DNA from: Epithemia pelagica
Lineage: Eukaryota; Protista; Bacillariophyta
Direction: 5' to 3'
Assembly: GCA_946965045.2 (NCBI GenBank)
Contig: OX337228.1
Coordinates: forward strand, 1 to 64,000
DNA length: 64,000 nucleotides
The position numbers and the translations under genes are program-made. Numbering within the stretch: the stretch's first letter is position 1; the number at the start of each line of letters is the position of its first letter. The notes below the pieces were generated by a model, which saw only the letters and a list, made by a program, of their open reading frames with translations, was not told where the DNA came from and ran no database searches. This document shows, piece after piece, positions 23,419 to 33,957 of this stretch.

Positions 23419-23523
23419 GGATGAGGGCTGTGCGAAGGTGGGATGACGGGGCATAGTAGGAGGGGAGGGTGGGAAGCCAGGATCTACAGAGCTCTACGTA
23501 GCAAACCTAGTTTATCCTTAGGG

Positions 23524-23954
23524 GTATCACTTGTTTCCACTCCAGGGATCAACCTGCAACAGACTGTTGTCACACAAGAAGTTCTTGTTGCACTTGAACC
23601 ATTGCACACTCCTCCACTATGGCGACAGTGATCTGCAAGTGCTCTTTGTGTCTTGAAAATTTCTCCACAAACGCAGCAATGACCCATCACAGTCTCCAGG
23701 ATACTTGATGACCTGGTTTCTGTAGTGTTTAATTGTTGCATGTGGCTCTTACACTGTGCCAACATGTCTTTTAAGGAAACCCTGGTCACCCACTGCCGGT
23801 GTTTCTTCAAATGCCTTTGCAAGGACGATGTTGAAAAACCAATTGGAACTTTACAAACCAAACAAAAAATACCAAAATGAGACACCCTGATGCCATGGTG
23901 ATTGTCAAAGGCATACCCGGTCAATGGGTCAAACAACGGGGAAGAATCTGACAT
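23524..23954 (-). pseudogene. 3'-truncated Zn-finger fragment, divergent paralogue 3
   Basis: FGIFCLVCKVPIGFSTSSLQRHLKKH and CCVCGEIF..ADHCRH are co-linear with paralogues 1 and 2; cut at junction 23516-23523. Confidence 0.75.
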
Positions 23955-24118
23955 GGTCAATGGAGGAACTGTGCAAGGTACCAATGACAGCGAGACGAGA
24001 GATAGATAGATGGGGTGGAGTGAGGTCATTTGGCCCATACAAATTCATATGGGCCAAATGACCTTGGCAGTCCAAGGGAAAAGGCAACAATAATTACTAT
24101 AGGTTTTGATTGTACCTT

Positions 24119-24340
24119 GTGGGATGAGGGGCTGTGCGAAGGTGGGATGAGGGGCTGTGCAAAGGTGGGATGAGGGGCTGTGCGAAGGTGGGATGAGGGG
24201 CTGTGCGAAGGTGGGATGAGGGGCTGTGCGAAGGCGGGATGAGGGCTGTGCGAAGGCGGGATGAAGGGGAATAGTAGGAGGGGAGGGTGGGAAGCCAGGA
24301 TCTACATAGCTCCACGTAGAGACCTAGTTTATCCTTAGGG
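24119..24340 (+). repeat. End type M2 in longer context: about 6-7 units of a 23-bp G-rich minisatellite, then terminal TATCCTTAGGG
   Basis: Units start at 24119, 24142, 24165, 24188, 24211 and 24234; lies upstream of the paralogue-3 start. Confidence 0.9.
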
Positions 24341-24871
24341 TATAGAATGGCACTGTGAGGTTCGGCCAGGGATGGTGTTGTGTGGTCTTGGTATCATGTA
24401 CAACTACCTAATACGACGATTAAAATTTTGTGAGAAAACAAGAGCTGCGAGCTGTATTTACACGACCAAGATCAAGATGAATGGCTCGCGTGATCCATAT
24501 CCGCGGCTGACGCATAATATTTTAGTATAAGCAAGATTTTAGCTTACCTGCTAAATTGTAAAGCTAGAGGTAAGTAGACTTCTGTCCTGTTTTGTGGGTC
24601 TTGGGTATTGGGGTAAGTCACGGGTTGTTCTGACTGCTGACGCGTCTATGGGGGAAAAGTATCTGACGTGGATAATTTCTAGCGTGATTGGTCTGCGTAG
24701 TCCCGTGGCCTTTACTATCGATCCTATACAGGTACTTAAATATCAATAGTTACTCTTTGGCACTCCTAAGCCCTTGTTGAGCGCCAATGAAAAGAGGCTC
24801 TTTTCATTGGCCCGCCCCTCCTCGGCGGAAGTAATGCGTGGAGAGTCGAGAAAATGGCAAGTGTTCCACTA

Positions 24872-25422
24872 GATTGTCACAAACGCCTCGCACCTCAAGG
24901 TCACAAACAACGAGCAACAGGAGAAACAGCAGCAGGAACAACACAACAATCAAACACTCACTTACAAAAAGATGAGTGCGGAAGAAACGAATCATCGAGC
25001 GACAAGAGGAGATGGGAGCCATGGAGGAACGACGAGAAAAGGATGATTCTCCTGACATCGAAAAAAAGAAGAAGCCCACTACTTGCCTTTGTTCATGATT
25101 CCGGACAGCAGAGACAACGAAACTTCCAATGAGTTGGGAGAAGTGAACTATGTTTCTTCCCACTCATCGGAGGGTTCCTTGTCTCTGCTGTCTGGCATGA
25201 TGAACATAGGCAAATAGGGGGCTTCTTCTTCTTTTTCGATGTCAGGAGAGTCATTCTTTTCTCGTCGTTCCTCCATGGTTTCGATCTCGGCTTGTCGCTA
25301 GATGAGACATTGTTTCGTCTCTTCCGTTCTCATCTTTTTGTGAGTGAGTGTTTGATTGTTGTGTTGTTCCTGCTGCTGTTTGACCTTGAGGTGCGAGGCA
25401 GCGGGGCCGGTTTGTGACAATC
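24872..25422. repeat. Diverged fold-back palindrome, about 550 bp, centre near 25147
   Basis: Left arm GATTGTCACAAAC..GCCTCGCACCTCAAGGTCA..AAACAGCAGCAGGAACAACACAACAATCAAACACTCAC..GGACAGCAGAGACAA pairs with the right arm to within about 10 nt of the centre. Confidence 0.88.
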
Positions 25423-25794
25423 AACCGTTGGGTGTCGTGTGGCCGACGACGGGAGCCAAACGAGACACCCCTTGTTTCCAACACAAAACTTCCAAACGTC
25501 AGAACATGGCCATTCTCCGTGAATCTGGAACCCGATCAAGCCTTGCAAGAATCGAATCCCTCCTACAATTGATTGGCCGGCCCCATTTTTGCGCATCTTC
25601 AGCCTCAAAAGCTTGCTAACGTAAACCGCGAGAACAGTCGGCTCGAACAAGCGATTTGCGAGCGAGAGGACGAGGAGAATCCGACTGCTGGCCAGGAACT
25701 TTATCTAGATAGCGACTGCCTAATTTATAGACTATCATATGCATGTGACATACCAATGTATTTACTCGGAACTGGTGGAACCCATTGGTTCTGC

Positions 25795-27702
25795 AGAATC
25801 TCGATACCTCTGCTGTCCTTGTTGTTGCAGTCGGCATTCTTGTTTTCGCTGCCATGCTCGCTACAGCGACTGTGAAAGAGCTTTGGTGGCATCCATTTTC
25901 GCAGTTGATTCCATAACAGCTGAGCTTCACCGCCAACCAAGCCGCAATAGACCTGACATGATGAGGACCTTGACACTTGTTGCCGAATCATGTCATTGGC
26001 ATTGGTAGACGAATTGGTTGCTGACGATGAGCGCACAGAAGAATGGGGTGGCCGGTTGCCGTGCAAGTATTTTTATGTGTGGTTGTGTGGTGGAATATGT
26101 ACTACTGGAATTGTTGCTCTCCCAGAAATATCCGTCTTTGTTTTCTTCATCGTCATGTTCCAAGTCCTGTACATTAAGCATCACGCTCGGCGTGGATGGT
26201 ACGGTAGGCTTCCGGCATGAGGTCAACATTGCTGCCTGTGAGATTCGATGAGGAAGGATTACTTTCCAGAAAGCCATCTGCCCCGTTGCTTCGATTGGGT
26301 GGTTCACTTTCTGGATCTGTAGCTAGGCGCGGTTGCCATTGCGATGGATGTTGCAGAGTCCAGTGAAAGAAGCCACCACTGGCCACTAGCATTAAAAGTC
26401 TCGTGACTGTCCCTGTCGCTCACTTGCCTCCCACAAGAGCCGACAAAAAGCATAGCCACGACCAAAGGGATGAATTTGTCGTGGCAATGGTTGCCAATGC
26501 ACCCAACACGGCTCATCTGCAAAGAAACAAGACAATGGTTTGGACCATGTGTATGGACCTTATGTGTATGGACCATGACGATCGCCGACAAAACTCGTAG
26601 AAAAGACGCTCGGCGCAAGGATTGACTGAGCAAATCCAAGGCCGTGTTGGCCAACACTTGAAAGTACGTCATATCCGCGTTGTGGGAGTCGGTGACACCA
26701 CCGGCAGTCGGCAGTGACGTCGCATGGACCCGTCGTTCTACAAATGCAAGCGTCCACGAAAGGATTGTCGAGCATGGCGCATCCACCAAACGACATGATG
26801 CAAGGCAAACCAAAGTGGCAACAAAACAGCCACACGAGCATGAGAGGCAAGCACACCCACATCGTAATGTGGCACCCACCAAAACTTGCGTGAGAGCATG
26901 CCGTGCTTAGCAAAACGTAGTGACCGTTCCCCATCATAATGCATGCATTGTCGCTGTACTCAGCGGTGGATGACAATGAACCAAGGCCACCCATGAAGAT
27001 GGTGAGAAAATGGGGCTGTACTGAACTAGCTCCATCCAAATGGGCCACAAGAGTGACAACGGAACAAACATGCAAAAGGCCACGGCCAACGATACGTCAG
27101 GAGCCATCGAGGACGTTGTTTGCAGACAGAGCCAATCGTAGTATCTCCATGGGTCTATTGGGGAGTTGTGGTGGATTGTGTCGGACCCCTGTAACGCCAC
27201 CCGTGATGCGCTTCAATTCCAGTGCCGGTACTGCATGCTAGGAATCTGAATCATCCATGTCGACGTCATCTACCATTTCGTGGGAGATTTGCTCCTTCCA
27301 TCATGAGTTTCTCATCACCAGTCAACAATAATGCGTGTTCCGATTTGGTTGGTTCCAGTCCTTGCAGGCCTTGCTCGTCTCATGGAAATGGAGCTGAGCA
27401 CATCCCCATGGTGAGAGAAGAGGAGGAAGAATGGTTTGCGGAGGTGGAAAGTGTAGCGACTTATTGGTCTCATTGCTTCGATCCATCTGATTCCTTTCAT
27501 TTCTTGTTGCGTTCTGGAATGATTTCGGTTCGACTCTTGCGTGTCATGTTGTTGTTTTTGGAAGGAGGAACCACACCGCCATGGTCATCTCGTCGATTCT
27601 CCCCAGCGTCGCTGCGGGTGCACCGATGATTTGGGGTCTTCTAGTAGGTCTGACCGCCCGTACGTCAAACTCACGGGTTTTGTGGGGGAGTGGATGACAT
27701 CA
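25795..27702 (+). repeat. Dispersed repeat copy A (inverted relative to 61122-62818)
   Basis: Co-linear reverse-complement match, with shared ORF translations such as CRRHLPFRGRFAPSIMSFSSPV and AELHRQ.SRNRPDMMRTL. Confidence 0.92.
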
Positions 27703-28875
27703 CATCTTATAGTCGCACATCAAATTTCATGCCACAAGATGGAAGGAATCGGAAGACAGTTCGACCATGGTATGAACCTCCACCCCACGCCCAATAACTT
27801 CCTGAATATACAGAATTAATTGAGACAAACCTAGGATACTCTTTGTAGATGCCTTATGGACCTGAGGTTCAGTTTGTCTCAATTAACTCCCAAAAATGAG
27901 CATACTACGGCCATTTTTGGAAGGCCTTTGCTGCTTGAAGGAATATCTTACGAACGCTACAATCAAACACATTGAAACTTCGCCCAACCCTCAGTTGTGA
28001 GATGATGGATCTTCTACTTTGCGTAGAAGAACCACAACCAACTGAAGGTTGGATGAAGACAGGTACCATCATGGTGCAAGTGATCTACACGAATCACGAA
28101 ACGGGACCCACAAAAGAACCTAAACGACAGAGGAGTAAGTAAGTAGAAATCATGGAGTCGATTGCTTGTTTATACGTTTATACTGTATGGGGACGATCAA
28201 GGGGTAAAGAATAGTCATAAAAGCGAACATGGATTGGAATGGTACTTATTGTGTGTGTGGTTTGAATTCTCAGAAGTGTGTATGCGTGTATTCGTGGTTG
28301 TGGTTGATGGAGAAGGTGGAACCTGGCAATCATCATCATGGGTTGTTTGTCGAACGGAAGAACGTCGACCATGTCAATGTTGAATGGCATTGATACGGCA
28401 TGGCGTGTCGCTGTCGTAGAAAAGAGTCACAACCGACTCGTATAGAAAGGGAGGAGAAAAAACAATGTGATGACAGAGACACTCCATCCCAAAGCGGAAC
28501 GTGGACCTAGGCTCCGACTGGAACCTTCCCACCAACCCGAACGGAAGGTAAACCGGATCGCCAGTCAGATTGAGTACAACAGCCAGATACAGCATCTTTG
28601 GATGGAAACCCATGGAGCTGGAGTTCCCATGTCGTCAAGAAAGACTTCAGATTTCCTGTGACTTGACGGTCTTCCAGATCGACATGCTCTTCCGTGACTT
28701 GACGATCTTCTAGATCGGCATGCTCCATCGGTCTCTTCCGGTGGCTTCCTCAAGGCACATCCGTCGGTCCGAGAAGCACACGATCGGTTCGGTCGTTCTT
28801 GCCTTGGTTGCTCTCGTGTCCTCTTCATCGTCGTTGCTGTATCCTTGTCAAGAGCCTATGCTGCACTCGCTTTCT

Positions 28876-31800
28876 TTAATTGTCCGTGCAGGTTTCAAAG
28901 GGCAATTCCAACACAATGGCTTGTGCCAAGAAACCGGCATAAAAGAGGAGCATGAGCATGGCCAGCGTTTTGGTCAACTTCCATCCTTGACAATGAATGG
29001 CGGCAATCACAAAGACCAACATGCCCAACAAGACAATAATGGAAATCCAAATATTTTCCGATTCAATTTCCACAATGCTGGGTTTGCTCGGCCACGCCGT
29101 AAACAGGAGCCAGGGAATGGGCAACCCGACCAAAATATCAAAAATGTTACTCCCAATCGAACTGCTGACGGCCATGTCTCCTGATCCACGACGAGCGACA
29201 ATGACACTGGACAACAAGTCGGGCACCGAAGTTCCAGCCGCCAAGACGGTCAATCCCATTATCACCGATGGAATGCCCAAGGTATTTCCAATAATCTCAG
29301 TCCACGAAACCATGAGATAGGAAAAGGCACCAATCCAGGCAATGGACAAGAAAAAGGACAGATAACACCATCGGCCGCCCCATCCGGGTCGTCGAACATC
29401 GGGCACGGTGACGGCCAAACAAAAGACGAGCGGAAAGACCACAAGGTATTGGACCCACGCCAAACACGTCGAGACGGCCGAGTCGTCCGGATCGCGCGTG
29501 GGTGGTTTCAAGCTTTCCCAGACCCCCTCCTTGTCTTCTTCGACCGCCTTTTTCTGCCGTTCGTACAAGATACTCTTTTGGTACCATTCGGAAAATTCTT
29601 CAAAGGTAATTTCCTCGCGACTTCCTTCCTTATACATGGCCGACAAGGCATTGGTCACATCTTGATCGGTAATGGTGGGATCCAATTCGACCAGGAGCGC
29701 TCGAATTTCATGCTTGTCCAAGGTTCCACTCCGGTTCGTGTCCAAGGTATCAAAGACGGAATGGACTTGCGCTCGAATCAATTCTTGCGAATTGGTATAC
29801 CAGGTATTGAATTCGGCTCGACTGATTTTGCCATCGCCATCTTGATCCAATTGGTTAAAGACATCGTCCAATTCTTGTTCCGTCATGGTATTGTGGACAT
29901 CCAATGCGGTAAAGAGTCGACGCAATTCTTCCTTGTCAATATGGCCATCGCCATTTTTATCAATGCGATCAAAGACGTAATCGGCGTCGCCGGAAATCTT
30001 GGCGACAATGCCCATTCCACCAATGTGGACCCAGGATTCGGGATCGCGCAACAACTTGAGAATTCCGGCCCGAAAGGTTCCTTGCCATCGCAAATGCGTA
30101 TTGGTCGTTCCGCTGGTACAATTGGATCCCGATTGACTCAATTTGCTCAAACTGGCGGCTCCTCCTTGACGAGAATGCTGGGACGAATTGGACAACATAC
30201 TGGCAGCATGCGGCGAAGGTACTACGGCCTTGAGGGTATCCTTGTCTTGAGGGTCCTGCTGCTCGTCATTGTTTACGTCCTGGTGATCATTCAAGTGTCC
30301 ATTCGTCGTCGTTGTGATGGTGGGTGGCGAACGTTGTTCCGCAGGATCGTATTCGGATTCAAATCGTGTTCCACTGCGATCGGAGTTGGGATCCAATTCG
30401 GAATCTTCATCCACCACCCGTCGTTGGGAGTTGCGTTGTGGTTGCTGCTGCAAACTTTTTTGACTGTCACTTCGAGCCGCTTGGGCGACAACCATCAACT
30501 GCGGATCATTGTGATCATCATCGCCATCTTGCGAATGGGTCAAATCTTCATCGTCCATGGAAACGGCCGGACCATGAATGGAATCTTGGCGTTGTTCTTG
30601 GAGAAGCATCTTGGAAGAGTCGCCATTGGGAACTACCACGACGGTTGTGGCAGCCGCTAGTGTGGCAGCCTCGACGGCCTCCGGAGGTCGCCGACTCTTT
30701 GGGGAGGATCGTACCGTTCCTCGAACAGCCGCCGCCACTTCTTGCTCCAAATCATCGTCGTCATATCGGCCATGACGCGGGGGGTGTCGAGGTGCCAAGA
30801 ATTCATCGTCCGAATCATTGTCGTCGTCGTCCTCGTCATCTTCGGGATAGACCAATTCTTGTCCGGTAATAGCTTGATACAAATTGGCATTTTGCCACAT
30901 GATGAAAATGTAGACAAAGTACAATATAAACAAGACGACGGCTTCCCACAATTCAATTTCTTCGGGAGACACGACCCCGACAAAGAGACTCAGGACAATC
31001 AAACCAATGGCATAACAGGAGGAATCGCGAAAGAGGGGCCACCAGGTCAAGGTCAAGATTTGTTTGCTAAACAAGGCACACATGGCAATGACAAACAAGA
31101 CATTGAAAACGGCCGATCCAATAATGGTACCAAAGCCAATTTCGGATTCCGAAAAGGTTCCAAACAAACTGGAAAACAATTCGGGTGCGGATCCACCGGC
31201 CGCCATGAGAGTGGCACCGGCCACATCCATGCTCAAATTCAATTGTCGACCACTCGCCATTTCTTCCAGCGCCGGAACAAAGAGTTCGTCACAGACAATG
31301 GCCAAGGCCAAAAACATGTACAAGACACCAATCGCATAAAAGGTGGCTGTCCAGCCCGGATCAGCCTCGTCCAAATCGTCACACGAAGTTTCCAAGAACC
31401 GAACCGTTGAACCGAACGAATCAGAAGAAGACGAAGCAGGAGTGGTAGTTCCATAATCCAGCGGCTCAATCTTGGAAGACGCAATGTTAGGAACGTTCAT
31501 GGAGAGTAGTTTGGCCAAGGGATGATGAGGGCCATCCAGGTTGGTGCTATTGGTCATGGTGGTAGTGTTTTTCATGATCCGTGAGAAAAAGGCTTCCAGA
31601 GCACTTATTCTTTGCAGTGAGTCATTTGTCGGCACTGGAGTTACAGTCGTTGTAGTTGTAGCTTTGCTGCTTGTACTGGTTATTCTGCTTGTTGTTCCTG
31701 TTCCTCCTCCTATCGACGACAAGGACGGAAGGTTTTGATAGGTGTAGGTTCCCAGTAAGAGTGCGACCAACAAGATGGATTGACAGAGTGCCTTGAAATG

Positions 31801-31914
31801 ATAGGGTCGTCGACGGAAACGTTGTTCGTGTTGTTCCGCAAAGGACCAAACGGTCGACGACGACCACAAGGACGACGACTGCCCAGATGAGGATGATGAT
31901 GAAGAAGAGCTCAT
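28876..31914 (-). CDS. K+-dependent Na+/Ca2+ exchanger (NCKX/SLC24-like) with EF-hands in the central loop, 1012 aa
   Basis: Alpha-1 GATLMAAGGSAPELF and alpha-2 GLTVLAAGTSVPD..AVSSSIGSNIFDIL; EF loops DKNGDGHIDKEE, DQDGDGKISRAE and DTNRSGTLDKHE. Confidence 0.95.
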   Translation of the reverse strand: MSSSSSSSSSGQSSSLWSSSTVWSFAEQHEQRFRRRPYHFKALCQSILLVALLLGTYTYQNLPSLSSIGGGTGTTSRITSTSSKATTTTTVTPVPTNDSLQRISALEAFFSRIMKNTTTMTNSTNLDGPHHPLAKLLSMNVPNIASSKIEPLDYGTTTPASSSSDSFGSTVRFLETSCDDLDEADPGWTATFYAIGVLYMFLALAIVCDELFVPALEEMASGRQLNLSMDVAGATLMAAGGSAPELFSSLFGTFSESEIGFGTIIGSAVFNVLFVIAMCALFSKQILTLTWWPLFRDSSCYAIGLIVLSLFVGVVSPEEIELWEAVVLFILYFVYIFIMWQNANLYQAITGQELVYPEDDEDDDDNDSDDEFLAPRHPPRHGRYDDDDLEQEVAAAVRGTVRSSPKSRRPPEAVEAATLAAATTVVVVPNGDSSKMLLQEQRQDSIHGPAVSMDDEDLTHSQDGDDDHNDPQLMVVAQAARSDSQKSLQQQPQRNSQRRVVDEDSELDPNSDRSGTRFESEYDPAEQRSPPTITTTTNGHLNDHQDVNNDEQQDPQDKDTLKAVVPSPHAASMLSNSSQHSRQGGAASLSKLSQSGSNCTSGTTNTHLRWQGTFRAGILKLLRDPESWVHIGGMGIVAKISGDADYVFDRIDKNGDGHIDKEELRRLFTALDVHNTMTEQELDDVFNQLDQDGDGKISRAEFNTWYTNSQELIRAQVHSVFDTLDTNRSGTLDKHEIRALLVELDPTITDQDVTNALSAMYKEGSREEITFEEFSEWYQKSILYERQKKAVEEDKEGVWESLKPPTRDPDDSAVSTCLAWVQYLVVFPLVFCLAVTVPDVRRPGWGGRWCYLSFFLSIAWIGAFSYLMVSWTEIIGNTLGIPSVIMGLTVLAAGTSVPDLLSSVIVARRGSGDMAVSSSIGSNIFDILVGLPIPWLLFTAWPSKPSIVEIESENIWISIIVLLGMLVFVIAAIHCQGWKLTKTLAMLMLLFYAGFLAQAIVLELPFETCTDN

Positions 31915-33641
31915 GGTGTGTGATTTCGACAGGGATCGATTGGAGCAAGTCGCAACAGAGGTGTGTCAAAGGAAGCGCACGAGTTGGTTCGTTTTCTCGC
32001 GCCAAAACAGAGAGAGAGAGTGAGGAGTAGAGCTGTGTGTAAGTGTGCGATGCCAACAACACAACCGCAACAACAGCCGCAACAAGCGGAAGTGTCCTTT
32101 TGGTTCGTGGGTACTGTAGCGAATGATCCCGATTCGATTCGAGTTACTTGAGAGGTTGGTTGTTACTCCAAACAAGAAGAAGCAGAAGAGACTTTCTCCA
32201 AACCGTCCAAACACGACAACCACAATGGACAATGTTCGTCTTATTCGTCGCGCTCTTTCTCTCACGCAATACTTCTTGGGGGTCACTTCGTTTCTTGGTT
32301 GCTATACTGCGTGAGTGGCCCAAGTACGCTTGGGCGTGTTTTCCAAACACAAAAGGGGGCAGCGACCATCATACTACTAGGACTACTAGCTAGAACCACT
32401 CGTGCTTGTGTGCGGTCTTGGTTGGTTTTTTTGTTCCGGCCAAATAATTACGAAGGGCGAGAGAGTGCGACAATGGAGGAAAACGGTTGTCTCCTAGACT
32501 CCTAAAATCCCAAACTTTTTGGACGATCGAAGCCTGATCCAAGAAAAAGCAGTCGATCATCGTAAAAAATAGTACTTACCATGCTACACTAAAGACATAA
32601 TTTGTCTGAACGTCATACGATTTGGTGATTTCTGATCGGTTAACAAAAAGGATTTTGGGATTTTGGGATTAACCGTTTTCCTCCAATGACTCTCTCTTTC
32701 CGCTCAACGGTCTCTCGATATCGAAATGACTGTACTACGTAGTAGACGTAGATAGCTGGTCCTGTGCGGCACTGGACAAAGGTATTGAGAAAGGACCACG
32801 TCACACTCGTGGTCGCCGTGCGTCTGTTGGGCCAGGGTGTTAAAGTTCCATTTTACTGCATAAAACTTTTTAACCATAATTGCCAACCTTTAATTTTTCA
32901 TCAAAGTCAAGTCAATTTCCTCCCCTGTCAAAATCCCTTGACTTTTCTTACCGAAATCAAGTTAGAGAGCACCCATGAGTAACTTCATCACATTTCAGTT
33001 CAATTGACAACTTTCATTTTTAACTTTGAATTAACTTTTTTATGAAATCAAGTTCTGAACTCCGACCATCAACCGCCACCGTGGGTTGCGACTTCGATCC
33101 TCATCGTGTAAGTCAATAGCTTAGCTTCTGACTTTAAGTTGACTTTTCCTTCTGAACAAGTCAAGTTTGTGGCATTTGAAATGTGACTTTTCAAGAATTT
33201 GATTTTGTGTGTTCCAAGAACTGACTTCAAACTTAAAGTCTGAATTGCCTTCATTGAGTTAAGTTGCATGTCCATCAAAATTCAAGCTTTTAGTCAGAAG
33301 CTAACTCTCACCGCAAATCGGTCGTGCCGTCTGTCCAACCATCTCTCTACGTGCGACTGCGTGTGGTCTCGGATGACAGTCGCCACGTCACAAAATGTCC
33401 AAGCGGAGCCATGGCCAGACCGAGTGACACCCACAATGGACGAGAGTGCCGTCGTCTCGTTGGAGCGAAACAAACAAGAACGTGCCCTTTTTTTGCAACG
33501 TTTGGTGGTAGATCATCTCTCTTTTTTTGGAATCCAAGGAGGAATCCCCCGTGTGGAAGAATTCTCTTGCTGAAAGTGCTGTGAGGGAGATCCTTCTTTT
33601 GGTGTTTGCCGTGACAGTCTCATTGTTCCTCCTTGGTCATA

Positions 33642-33926
33642 ATGTTTTCGTGGGCGACGCAACAATTGGAAAAGTTGTCCTTGCAAGTGGCACCTCCTCC
33701 CACGGATGTGGCAGGTCGATTGGTCTATGCCTGTCAACGCCACGACGAAGCCACGGCCTTGCAAATTGTGCAAACCGAAGCCTTGCCGGCCATTTTGGTG
33801 GAAGCCAAACAACAATCTGCCTTGCATGTCGCCTGTTTGTATGGATGCTTGTCCGTTGTCCAACACCTACTGCCTCCCATTCAACCACAGCAACAAGGAC
33901 AACCAGAAAACGATGCTCATGCTCAA

Positions 33927-33957
<31 letters not shown>

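Larger units (their letters stand above)
511..24340. mobile_element. Subtelomeric chain of truncated telomere-linked-helicase-type element fragments joined at CCTTAGGG
   Basis: Recurrent terminal motifs each end in (C/A)CTTAGGG and are followed by unrelated sequence. Contains Zn-finger, YR-like and RecQ-like ORF fragments. The last junction, 24333-24340, meets unique DNA. Confidence 0.75.

Noticed and set aside
511-24340. Penelope-like (Athena/Terminon) telomeric retroelement chain
   Set aside because: No PLE reverse transcriptase is visible, and the junction repeats have the opposite polarity to that expected for priming from this telomere's G-overhang.
511-24340. Helitron or AcademH interpretation
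   Set aside because: The helicase is SF2/RecQ-like, not PIF1. No HUH Rep or DDE triad was seen, and the CTAG in the M1 ends is not at the junction. AcademH cannot be fully excluded without a full-length copy.
26304-27200. Possible decayed membrane transporter inside the dispersed repeat
   Set aside because: There are hydrophobic stretches but the frames are broken differently in the two copies, and I cannot support any family motif.
28500-28830. 36-bp duplication and short ORFs downstream of NCKX
   Set aside because: Only two copies of the repeat and no recognisable protein; no call can be supported.
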